The notes: a model not told the origin generated them from the sequence alone. Positions 1 to 8,302 are shown, numbered from the stretch's first letter. The stretch: DNA of 64,000 nucleotides from Caldithrix sp. (GCA_020720405.1 DYOS01000001.1:31002-95001), one strand, 5' to 3'. Translations and numbers: made by a program.

Positions 1-15
1 GATCAGTTTGATAAG

Positions 16-252
16 ATGAAAGAATTGATCGACCAAATAAGTATCCGTTTTCAGCAGCTTAAATTTAATAAAAACAACCTTGAAAGAGAGAATATTGAAC
101 TTAAAAAACAGCTTGAAAAATTTACAAATTCTGATTATGATCAAATATTATTAGAGAAGAAGAAGCTTGAAGAACAGAATCAAAAGCTAAAGGAAAAACA
201 GGAACAAATAGCACTGAAAGTCGAGAAACTGATTCAAAATATCGAATCGTGA
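16..252 (+). CDS. Coiled-coil protein, ZapB-like (function inferred only from composition and position)
   Basis: This is a 78-aa ORF with a K/E/L/Q-rich heptad-like sequence and no globular motif. It lies immediately 5' of zapA and ends with a TGA stop. Confidence 0.5.
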   Translation: MKELIDQISIRFQQLKFNKNNLERENIELKKQLEKFTNSDYDQILLEKKKLEEQNQKLKEKQEQIALKVEKLIQNIES

Positions 253-274
253 AATTTCGGTGTTGGTTTTAAAA

Positions 275-571
275 ATGGACATGATGACTACCGGGAAAAT
301 ACGTGTTAATATTTTTGGCTCTGAATATTCACTTGTCGCCGACGAGCAAAATGAGCACGTAAAGGAAATAGCATTATATGTCGATCAAAAAATGAGAGAG
401 ATCGACAGAAGCCAGAACGTTAATTCGAATTTAAAAGTGGCCATTCTCGCAGCTCTTAACATTGCTGAAGAACTTCGGGAAGAAAGGAAATATCGGGAAC
501 GTTTATTGGATCAGCTGAACGAAGAATCACGAAAGATGAATCGTCTGCTGGTTGAAATGCTGGAAGGATAG
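275..571 (+). CDS. zapA: Cell division protein ZapA
   Basis: The N-terminus IRVNIFGSEYSLVADEQNEHVKEIALYVDQKMREI followed by a C-terminal coiled coil is typical of ZapA. The ORF track starts at GTG 260. I prefer ATG 275. Confidence 0.75.
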   Translation: MDMMTTGKIRVNIFGSEYSLVADEQNEHVKEIALYVDQKMREIDRSQNVNSNLKVAILAALNIAEELREERKYRERLLDQLNEESRKMNRLLVEMLEG

Positions 572-579
572 TCTACATT
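552..579 (+). promoter_or_regulatory. Sigma70-like promoter motif for the candidate 6S RNA
   Basis: TTGAAA (552-557), a 16-nt spacer and TACATT (574-579) place a start about 7 nt downstream, at the 5' end of the long closing stem. This is a motif match only. Confidence 0.35.
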
Positions 580-586
580 CGACTTA

Positions 587-765
587 AGCCCTGTACCTTG
601 TACATGGACCTAAGTAAAGGACCAACACCATTAAAACAGGGAACTCGACTCTGGACGATTAATACATGCCTTCATCGAAAGGACGTATGACCCGACCAGG
701 AGGTGCCCACTGTACCGGTAAACGGTTCTTAATCTCTAGGACATGTCTTGTACAGGGTTTTTTTT
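587..765 (+). ncRNA. ssrS: Candidate 6S RNA (ssrS-like)
   Basis: The region is non-coding and about 180 nt long. The 5' arm CCCTGTAC..ACATG..CCTA..AAGGACC (588-~625) pairs with the 3' arm GGTTCTT..TAGG..CATGT..GTACAGGG (~724-757) to form a long interrupted closing stem. Inside it are a large unpaired central region and an apical hairpin (ATACATGCCTT/AAGGACGTAT, ~661-688). The element ends in T8 (758-765). Placement downstream of zapA matches the zapA-ssrS synteny known from E. coli. Confidence 0.6.
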
Positions 766-779
766 ATGAAAGGTAATGG

Positions 780-2336
780 ATGAGCCCAACTGAAATTGTC
801 ATTTTCCTGTTTAGCATGCTGGCAGGAATACTGATTGGCTGGGTCTTGAATGATTTTGCCGGCACTAAAAGCCGAAAAACAGCCAAGCAACAAATAGCAG
901 AACTGATAGAAGAAGCGAAACTTCAGGCCAATGAAATTAAAAATGAAAAATTAATTGAGACGGACGAAGAAATCTATGAGAAGAGACTAAAACTTGAAGA
1001 TGAAATCCGTACCCAAAAGAATGCTCTGAAACAATATGAATCTTCTCTGAATGAGAAAGAAAATGAAATTGACCGTAAGGCTGATTTAATCTCGAAAAAA
1101 GAGCGGGATGTTTTTATCCTGCAAAGGGAAATTCAAAATAAAGACCAGCAAATATTAAAAAAGCAGGAGAAGCTTAATAAAATGCTGGAAGAAGAAAACC
1201 AGCGCCTGGAACAGATATCCGGTTATACTACTGATCAGGCAAAACAGGTTTTATTCGATAACCTGATTGAGGATGCCAAGAAGGAAGCTGAAAGCCTTTC
1301 GTATCAAATTATCGAGAAAAGCAAACAGGAAGCCTTTCAGAAAGCTAAAAATATCGTTCTTTCGGCTATTCAACAGACTGCTGTGGATCATGCGCTTGAA
1401 TCAACGGTCAGCGTGGTCTCACTACCCTCCGATGATATGAAAGGAAGAATTATTGGCCGGGAAGGACGAAATATCCGCTCTTTTGAGATGGTCACCGGTA
1501 TCGATGTCATTGTTGACGATACGCCACAAGCGGTCATCCTGAGCGGGTATGATCCGTTACGGCGGGAAGCTGCCCGTCAAACCATGGAAAAACTCGTCAC
1601 TGACGGACGGATTCATCCCGGACGAATTGAAGAAACTCATGAAAAGACTATTCAGGAAATGGATAATTTTTTCAACGAATTGGGTGAACAGGCTTTGCTT
1701 GAAACCGGTGTACATGCCATGCATCCGGAACTTACCAAAACCCTGGGCAAACTCCGCTTCAGAACAAGTTACGGACAAAATATTTTACAGCACAGTAAAG
1801 AAGTTGCAGTTTTGGCAGGGATGATGGCAGCAGAACTTGGACTGGACCAGGTTCAGGCTAAAAGAGCCGGACTTTTACATGACATTGGCCGGGGAATTGA
1901 ACGTCATGCCGATGGTAATCATGCCGAGCTCGGATATGATTTCGCCAAAAAATATGGAGAAAATCCGATCGTACTCAATGCAATATTAACCCACCATGGT
2001 GAGGGCAAACAAATATCACCGATCAGCGTGCTGGTTGAAGTAGCCAATGAAATAAGCGCCACCCGACCGGGAGCCCGCAGGGATGTAGTTGATAAATTTA
2101 TTCAGCGCATGGAAAATATTGAAACCATCGCTCAGTCTTTCGACGGCGTCGAAAAAGTCTATGCCATTCAGGCTGGTAAAGAAGTGCGGATTATTATTAA
2201 TCATTCAGACATATCCGATGCCGGTGTGCATCAGTTAGCAGGTGATATTGCCCGTAAAATACAGACCGATGTCGATTATCCGGGACAGATTAAAGTCACA
2301 ATTATTCGTGAATTTCGCAGCGTTGATTTTGCCTAG
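780..2336 (+). CDS. rny: Ribonuclease Y
   Basis: It has an N-terminal TM helix, a long coiled coil, a KH domain (GRIIGREGRNIRSFEMVTGIDVIVDDTP) and an HD domain (LLHDIGR...THHGEG). Its 518 aa is the typical RNase Y length. Confidence 0.93.
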   Translation: MSPTEIVIFLFSMLAGILIGWVLNDFAGTKSRKTAKQQIAELIEEAKLQANEIKNEKLIETDEEIYEKRLKLEDEIRTQKNALKQYESSLNEKENEIDRKADLISKKERDVFILQREIQNKDQQILKKQEKLNKMLEEENQRLEQISGYTTDQAKQVLFDNLIEDAKKEAESLSYQIIEKSKQEAFQKAKNIVLSAIQQTAVDHALESTVSVVSLPSDDMKGRIIGREGRNIRSFEMVTGIDVIVDDTPQAVILSGYDPLRREAARQTMEKLVTDGRIHPGRIEETHEKTIQEMDNFFNELGEQALLETGVHAMHPELTKTLGKLRFRTSYGQNILQHSKEVAVLAGMMAAELGLDQVQAKRAGLLHDIGRGIERHADGNHAELGYDFAKKYGENPIVLNAILTHHGEGKQISPISVLVEVANEISATRPGARRDVVDKFIQRMENIETIAQSFDGVEKVYAIQAGKEVRIIINHSDISDAGVHQLAGDIARKIQTDVDYPGQIKVTIIREFRSVDFA

Positions 2337-2344
2337 GCTTAAAG

Positions 2345-3238
2345 ATGAATACACAAATTTTATATGGAAAACCGGTTGCGGAACATATTTTTAGCGGAGT
2401 CCGCAACCGGATCGAGCAACTGAAAGCGAAGGGGATTACACCAAAACTGACTGTAATTTTAGTGGGAGATGATCCTGCTTCAATGGTCTATGTTTCTAAA
2501 AAACATAAAACCTGTCTTGAACTTGGCATGCTTTCAGAAACCATCTCGCTACCTGCGGAAACCACACAACCGGATTTATCGGATTATATCCGAAATCTGA
2601 ATCTTGATCCACTTAATCACGGCATTCTTGTGCAGAGTCCGTTACCAGCCCATATCGATGAGGCGGTTATTGTCAATGCCATTGATCCGGCTAAAGATGT
2701 GGACTGTTTTCATCCGGAGAATGTCGGCCGCTTGGTTATGGGTTCACCCAGGTTCGTGCCCTGTACGCCAGGCGGTATTATAGAAATGTTGAAATATTAT
2801 TCGATAGAGACAACCGGAAAGCATATAGTTATTATCGGCCGCAGTAATATTGTTGGCAAACCTATGGCCAATCTTTTTGTCCAGAAGAATCGCTATGGAA
2901 ATGCCGCAGTGACTGTTCTGCATAGCCAGGTACCCGAGTTGAAAAAGTTTACTCAATCAGCGGATATCATTATCGCGGCTATCGGAAAACCATTGTTTGT
3001 AACTGCCGGGATGGTAAAGGAAGGGGCTATCATTATCGATGTTGGCATAAACCGGATAAAAGCTGATACAAAAACTGGCTATCGCTTAGTTGGAGATGTT
3101 GATTTCGAGGGTGTTCAGAATATGGTACGGGCAATTTCACCTGTACCGGGTGGAGTCGGTCCGCTGACCATTGCCGTACTGATGCAGAATACCGTTCACG
3201 CTGCAGCGCTTCAAAATGGAATCAGTGAAACCTTTTGA
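2345..3238 (+). CDS. folD: Bifunctional 5,10-methylene-tetrahydrofolate dehydrogenase/cyclohydrolase
   Basis: LTVILVGDDPASMVYVSKKHK, VIIGRSNIVGKPMANLF and SPVPGGVGPLTIAVLM are FolD hallmarks. Confidence 0.93.
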   Translation: MNTQILYGKPVAEHIFSGVRNRIEQLKAKGITPKLTVILVGDDPASMVYVSKKHKTCLELGMLSETISLPAETTQPDLSDYIRNLNLDPLNHGILVQSPLPAHIDEAVIVNAIDPAKDVDCFHPENVGRLVMGSPRFVPCTPGGIIEMLKYYSIETTGKHIVIIGRSNIVGKPMANLFVQKNRYGNAAVTVLHSQVPELKKFTQSADIIIAAIGKPLFVTAGMVKEGAIIIDVGINRIKADTKTGYRLVGDVDFEGVQNMVRAISPVPGGVGPLTIAVLMQNTVHAAALQNGISETF

Positions 3239-3968
3239 AATCGGAATTGCCTCATCTGTGGCAAAAGCTAATGGATACAGTTGGTTAAAAACCATAGAGT
3301 ACGCCCGGGCCTGGGAAATCAATCTAATTCAATTATATATTGGTGAAGATTTTTCACAACAGCTGACCAACCTTGGTGATCTAAGCCTGCTGGAAGAGTT
3401 TAATATTTTCTGGCACTTACCGAACAATATCTCAACTATCGATTTAAATAATCTAATCCTACTGAAAAGATTCTCTAAAAATTTTATTCTGCATCAGGAT
3501 TCTTTCCCAGCCATAGCTGGAATGAATGATTTTTTTTATCCGGTAGATCTCTATCTGGAAAATGATCACCCTTATATGGATTCAAGCCAAAGTTATTTCT
3601 CGTTTATCATAGAAAAATATAAAATGAGCGGGAATTACTATTCAGCATTTGATGTCCCCAGATTTTTTGAACAGCATTTTCGCTATATTGATTTTCAGAA
3701 GATTGAAGCAATGAGCCGTGAAATTATTGATTATCATCTTGCAGCCGATAGAAAAATTCTTCTCCATTTGATAGATTTGACTGATCTTGAAGGCTTAAGA
3801 ACCGGCTGGAAGACCTTATTCTCGGGTATTCTGCCACTTCGTACCTTATTGCAAAGCATAAAAAAATCTAAAAAACGCATACCAATTATCCTCGAATATG
3901 AATCTCCCGAGACCTGTTATAATTCCATCCTGGTTCTGAATAATTTTATGAAATTGGCTACAGAATGA
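3216..3968 (+). CDS. Hypothetical protein, possibly a xylose-isomerase-like TIM barrel
   Basis: This 250-aa ORF overlaps the folD stop and the DUF58 start, which suggests operonic coupling. Its alternating beta/alpha-like pattern and the C-terminal IPIILEYES are reminiscent of AP-endonuclease-2 or sugar-phosphate-isomerase folds. I recognised no firm motif. Confidence 0.45.
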   Translation: MESVKPFEIGIASSVAKANGYSWLKTIEYARAWEINLIQLYIGEDFSQQLTNLGDLSLLEEFNIFWHLPNNISTIDLNNLILLKRFSKNFILHQDSFPAIAGMNDFFYPVDLYLENDHPYMDSSQSYFSFIIEKYKMSGNYYSAFDVPRFFEQHFRYIDFQKIEAMSREIIDYHLAADRKILLHLIDLTDLEGLRTGWKTLFSGILPLRTLLQSIKKSKKRIPIILEYESPETCYNSILVLNNFMKLATE

Positions 3969-4858
3969 ATCGAACCCCGCTTGAATTGACTGCGGCTGAG
4001 CTTATTTCCGGTTTTGATTCATTAGACCTTATCGCCCGGCTGGTTGTTGAGGGGTTTTTAACTGGTCTGCACCGCAGCCCTTTTCATGGTTTTAGTGTCG
4101 AATTCTCACAACATCGCAGCTACATTCCGGGTGACGACTTGCGCTATCTGGATTGGAAAGTTTTAGCCAGAACCGACCGTTATTCGATAAAGCAGTACGA
4201 GGAAGAGACCAATGTCCGGGTTTATATTTTATTGGATATCTCAGCTTCTATGGGTTATGGGAAAAATATTTCAAAACTGGATTATGCCAAATTGCTTGCT
4301 GCGTCTCTGGCTTATTTTATTATCCGTCAACGTGATGCCGTTGGTCTGACCTTATATAATCAGGATATCCAAAACAGCATCAAACCGAGTTCAGCTCCGT
4401 CCCAGCTCAAAATAGTTTTTGAAATACTTGAGCAGACCAGGGCATCCGCCCGGACAAAATCTTCGCTTGTTTTCCACCAACTAGCCGAACAGCTGACCCG
4501 GAAATCTATGATTATTATCCTCTCTGATTTTATGGATGAGGAAACCGAATTAATTGACGGTTTGAGACACCTCCGCCATTACCATCATGATATAATTGCT
4601 TTTCAGATATTGACTGAAGATGAATTGAATTTTCCTTTCCAGGGAGAGATGGAATTTATCGATCTGGAAGAAAACTACACCTTGAAAACGTTACCAACAT
4701 TGCTTCGTAAACAGTATGTTAGTCAGATGAGAAATTTTCAATCCAGGTTAATGCAGAGTATGCTTGACCAAAACATCGATTTTCATATCCTCGATACCGG
4801 GCGGCCGGTAAGAAACGCCTTATTCGAGTATCTATTAAACAGAAAGCGGCATTTTTAA
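3965..4858 (+). CDS. DUF58 domain protein (vWA-like, MoxR-system associated family)
   Basis: HRSPFHGFSVEFSQHRSYIPGDDLRYLDWKVLARTDRYSIKQYEEETN is the signature DUF58 N-terminal block. It is followed by a vWA-like segment, YILLDISASMGYG. Confidence 0.85.
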   Translation: MNRTPLELTAAELISGFDSLDLIARLVVEGFLTGLHRSPFHGFSVEFSQHRSYIPGDDLRYLDWKVLARTDRYSIKQYEEETNVRVYILLDISASMGYGKNISKLDYAKLLAASLAYFIIRQRDAVGLTLYNQDIQNSIKPSSAPSQLKIVFEILEQTRASARTKSSLVFHQLAEQLTRKSMIIILSDFMDEETELIDGLRHLRHYHHDIIAFQILTEDELNFPFQGEMEFIDLEENYTLKTLPTLLRKQYVSQMRNFQSRLMQSMLDQNIDFHILDTGRPVRNALFEYLLNRKRHF

Positions 4859-5907
4859 TGGTTAAACTGACAAGTCTCAGTAATTGCGCAGGCTGAGCAA
4901 GTAAAATTGATCCGGAGGTTCTGGACAAGATTTTACATAATATTCCTGCACAAGCGGCACCCGGGTTACTGGTTGGCTCAAATACATGTGATGATGCCTC
5001 TGTTTATCAGCTTCGGGATGATTTGGCCATCATCAGCACCACCGATTTTTTTACACCGGTCGTCGATGATCCGTTTCATTTCGGCGAAATTGCAGCAGCC
5101 AATGCCCTGAGTGATGTATTCGCTATGGGCGGAATGCCGTTCAATGCCCTGAATATTCTTGGTTTCCCTCAGGGCAGGCTGGATGCGGGTTTGGTTGCAG
5201 AAATTCTGAGAGGCGGCGCTGCCAAAGCCAATGAGGCGGGTTGTCTTGTCTCAGGCGGGCATACCATTCAGGATAATGAATTAAAGTATGGCATGGCTGT
5301 TAATGGAATAGTACATCCGCAGCAGATATGGCGGAACAATACTGTACGGCCCGATGATGTATTGGTGCTGACCAAACCACTTGGCACGGGTGCTATCTCC
5401 ACGGCCTTAAAACGGGATATGGCTGCTGCAGAAGACATTATCGAAATCTCAACCGGTATGAAAACACTTAATAAAATTCCGGTTGAACTATGCCGGAGAT
5501 TGGATATAAATGTCCATGCCTGTACGGATATTACCGGATATGGCTTGGCCGGGCATCTTTTAGAAATGCTCAGCGGGCGCTATGAGTTAGCTATAGAAAT
5601 TTTTGTTGATGATCTTCCGCTTTACCGGAATGCCCGGACTTACCTGAATAATTATGAATTTTTACCGGGTGGTTTTTATCACAACAGGGAATTTAGCATT
5701 AAAAAAATTATTAGTAATACTGATTTAACTGATAATCATTTCAATATTTTATTTGATCCGCAAACAAGCGGTGGGCTGGTTTTGAGCATGTCGGCGAATG
5801 ATGCGAAAAAATATTTACACCATTTGAAGGATGTCTACCCGTTTAATGGTTGGATTATCGGCAGGGTTCGGCCGTCTTCAGAGAGTGGATTGATCCTGGT
5901 CGGGTGA
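4858..5907 (+). CDS. selD: Selenide, water dikinase (selenophosphate synthetase), with selenocysteine at TGA 4894-4896
   Basis: The ORF track begins at 5023 (MAIISTTDFFTPVVDDPFHFGEIAAANALSDVFAMGG). The same frame read from ATG 4858 gives MVKLTSLSNCAG-TGA-ASKIDPEVLDKIL..., which aligns with E. coli SelD ..GAGCGCKISPKVLETIL with the TGA at Cys17. The restored length of 349 aa compares with 347 aa in E. coli. Confidence 0.88.
4901..4936 (+). promoter_or_regulatory. SECIS-like hairpin directing Sec insertion at the selD UGA
   Basis: The hairpin starts 5 nt after the UGA. The lower stem is GTAAAAT (4901-4907) paired with ATTTTAC (4930-4936). An internal loop separates it from the upper stem TCCGG (4911-4915) paired with CTGGA (4921-4925, one G-U pair). 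The apical loop is AGGTT, which places G/U residues about 24-26 nt from the UGA, as in E. coli fdhF-type SECIS elements. Confidence 0.6.
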
Positions 5908-6261
5908 AACTGTTGAATTCCGGAAGGTTAAAAAATCATTTTTTTCCAGATGTATCAAAAATTTTACCACACGCTCCAGGGCTGGTTCAATAGCTTCACC
6001 CATTATGGTTTGCATTTGATTTACTACCTGCGCTACATCATTTTGTCCATTGCATAACTGCCAGCAAACCGAACCGATCTGATCAAGTTTGAGACTTAAT
6101 AACCGGTTCTTCAAGAACCAGCGGCTAAATATAAGGCCAAGGTCTGAGGTAAATTTGGGTCGATATAGCATAACCGTGCCCGTAGCAGGGTCAGTCTCCC
6201 AGGCACAGATCCGGCGGGGATATAAAATCAAAATTTCCTGGTAAGTTTTTGGTCTTGGCAT
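5878..6261 (-). CDS. PqqD-like (RiPP-recognition-element-like) small protein
   Basis: The C-terminal half, GSVCWQLCNGQNDVAQVVNQMQTIMGEAIEPALERVVKFLIHLEKNDFL, follows the PqqD-family pattern (xW.lcdG..tv.eiv..l......e.a..dv..Fl..L...gll). The start is uncertain because ATG 6261 abuts a terminator T-run. M31 at 6171 is an alternative start. Confidence 0.5.
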   Translation of the reverse strand: MPRPKTYQEILILYPRRICAWETDPATGTVMLYRPKFTSDLGLIFSRWFLKNRLLSLKLDQIGSVCWQLCNGQNDVAQVVNQMQTIMGEAIEPALERVVKFLIHLEKNDFLTFRNSTVSPDQDQSTL

Positions 6262-6299
6262 AAAAAAGTTGCTTCCCTGAAAGATGATTCCAGGGAAGC
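6262..6299 (-). terminator. Rho-independent terminator downstream of the OPT transporter gene
   Basis: On the - strand, GCTTCCCTG-(11 nt)-CAGGGAAGC forms a 9-bp stem and is followed by CAACTTTTTT. Confidence 0.65.
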
Positions 6300-6313
6300 C
6301 ATTATTCTAGTAA

Positions 6314-8302
6314 TTATTTTGACTTAAGAGAACCATTTACCAGTAGATAAAACAATCCGGCAAAGGCCAGGATTCCCAGCCAGGCGCTTGGCTCATGGAC
6401 GCCAAGTACATTAAAGGCAAAATGTTTTAATGTGCTGACCTCATTTTCTCCGGCCAAATGACTGATTTCCATTAACCGCTCACCGAGGACGATAAATGCC
6501 AGAATTACTGCCATCAGAGCCTCACCGGCGATCAAACCGGAAGAAATTAAAACTCCACGGTTTTCTGCTTTTGTTTTCAGTTCGGATGGAAGTTTTTTCT
6601 GCTCCATTCGTAAATCCATGATCCAACGAATAACACCACCGGTAAAAATAGCGCTGGTTGAATAGAAGGGGAGATACATGCCGACAGCAATCAGCATTGG
6701 CGAAGGCGCCTTTATCATAATCAGCCCAATGGCGAAAAACATTCCGGCAATAACCAATGGCCAGGACATTTCTCCGCCAACGATACCACGGGACATAAGT
6801 GCCATCAATCCGGCCTGTGGTGCCGGCAATTCGGCACTGCCGATACCATAAACCTGATCCATGGCAATCATAGGGAAAACAAGTACGAGTGATGCCACAA
6901 TTACACCGATTATCTCACCAATTTCCATTTTCCACGGTGTCCCGCCGAGAATGTGACCAACTTTAAGATCCTGCATCATATCACCGGCAATTCCTGCTGA
7001 GGTGCAAACGACTCCTGCAACACCGAGTACGGCCATCACACCCGCATCTCCGGTAACACCAATCAGAACCAGGAGAATTGCAGAAATTAGTAATGAACTC
7101 AGGGTTAACCCGCTGATGGGATTATTCGAGCTACCGACCAAACCGACCAGGTATCCGGCCACTGCAGCAAACAGAAATCCAAGAATCAGCATGACAATGG
7201 TCAGGAGTAGCGCACCCATAACCGATTGGGCAAAATGTTGATAGAGGAAATATAGAGGTAATGCCAGAATCAATATCGCAATTCCGACTTTTTTGAAGTC
7301 GAGATCCAGTTCCAGGCGGTTTACTTTGCCAATACTCTCTTTACTGCGGCTCAGATCCTTCAGTGCTTTACTGATACCATTAAAGAGGGAATCCTTAAGT
7401 TTGTACAGTGTGAAGAAGGCGGCAACAATCATTGTTCCAACTGCAAATGGACGGATCTGCCTGTACCAGACTTCATCCGCGACCGCCATCCAGCCATTAG
7501 CTACGGCCAGATTTGCTAAAGCCGGATTCAGAAAAATTCCAAGCGGAACCAGAACCATCCATCCTATTACTGCCCCGGCGAATAAAACGGAGGCAACCCG
7601 CAAACCGACTATAAATCCAACACCAATTAAGGCCGGCGATGCAGAAGGGGAACCAATAAGGAAGCCCCCGCCGTATGTAATTTTTTCGCCGAGCAGTTCT
7701 ATTTTAGAATCAGCCAGAGTAATAAACGTCCTGGCCCGGTCTTCAATCAGGTGAAGTCCATTTGAATTTTTTAACAATTCCCAAAGCGCAGCAAGCCCCA
7801 TGCTCCCAAAAACTAATCCGGCTCCGGTTTGTCCACCTTGTCCGGCTTTAACAATTTCCGATGCGGCAACACTTTCCGGAAATGGTAATTCTGCTTCCTC
7901 GACCAGACTCCGGCGCAGAACAATCACAAACAGAACACCAAGAGTACCACCGATAAGCATAATTAAGGTGCTTTCCCAGTAATGCAGATGATCCCATACA
8001 CCACTGATAACAAAAGCCGGGATGGTAAATATGGCACCGGCAATCAATGCCTCACCGACAGATGCCGTTGTTCTGGCAATATTTTCTTCCAGGATATTAC
8101 CTTTAAAAATTCTCAAAGCGGCCATGGCCACAACGGCAGCAGGAAAGGTTGCTGCGACGGTTAAACCTGCTTTCATACCCAGATAGGCATTGGCTGCACC
8201 TAAAACGACAGCCATCAAAACACCGAGAAAAAGCGCTTTAAAACTCAATTCCTTCATTTCAATATCACCAGAAATAAAAGGCTTATGACTATTCTGAAGC
8301 AT
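6314..8302 (-). CDS. OPT-family oligopeptide transporter
   Basis: This 662-aa polytopic membrane protein carries an N-terminal block, ELSFKALFLGVLMAVVLGAANAYLGMKAGLTVAATFPAAV, and later DMMQDLKVGHILGGTP. Both are characteristic of bacterial OPT-superfamily transporters. Confidence 0.85.
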   Translation of the reverse strand: MLQNSHKPFISGDIEMKELSFKALFLGVLMAVVLGAANAYLGMKAGLTVAATFPAAVVAMAALRIFKGNILEENIARTTASVGEALIAGAIFTIPAFVISGVWDHLHYWESTLIMLIGGTLGVLFVIVLRRSLVEEAELPFPESVAASEIVKAGQGGQTGAGLVFGSMGLAALWELLKNSNGLHLIEDRARTFITLADSKIELLGEKITYGGGFLIGSPSASPALIGVGFIVGLRVASVLFAGAVIGWMVLVPLGIFLNPALANLAVANGWMAVADEVWYRQIRPFAVGTMIVAAFFTLYKLKDSLFNGISKALKDLSRSKESIGKVNRLELDLDFKKVGIAILILALPLYFLYQHFAQSVMGALLLTIVMLILGFLFAAVAGYLVGLVGSSNNPISGLTLSSLLISAILLVLIGVTGDAGVMAVLGVAGVVCTSAGIAGDMMQDLKVGHILGGTPWKMEIGEIIGVIVASLVLVFPMIAMDQVYGIGSAELPAPQAGLMALMSRGIVGGEMSWPLVIAGMFFAIGLIMIKAPSPMLIAVGMYLPFYSTSAIFTGGVIRWIMDLRMEQKKLPSELKTKAENRGVLISSGLIAGEALMAVILAFIVLGERLMEISHLAGENEVSTLKHFAFNVLGVHEPSAWLGILAFAGLFYLLVNGSLKSK

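Noticed and set aside
4894-4896. The selD TGA might reflect a reassigned genetic code (TGA read as Trp or Gly).
   Set aside because: TGA terminates several confidently bounded genes in the window (the ZapB-like ORF at 250-252, folD at 3236-3238, and the 3216 ORF at 3966-3968). The selD TGA also sits at a Cys/Sec-specific catalytic position and is followed by a SECIS-like hairpin.
4907-5110. A 67-aa ORF overlaps the selD 5' region in another frame.
   Set aside because: The selD frame read through the Sec codon explains this region fully. The 67-aa translation has no recognisable features.
7002-8164. Four + strand ORFs (7002-7241, 7293-7754, 7800-7982, 7982-8164) lie inside the OPT transporter gene.
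   Set aside because: They are antisense shadow ORFs of a long, well-supported - strand membrane gene. Their translations are low-complexity and rich in P, S, T and R, as expected from the reverse complement of hydrophobic codons, and they carry no motifs.
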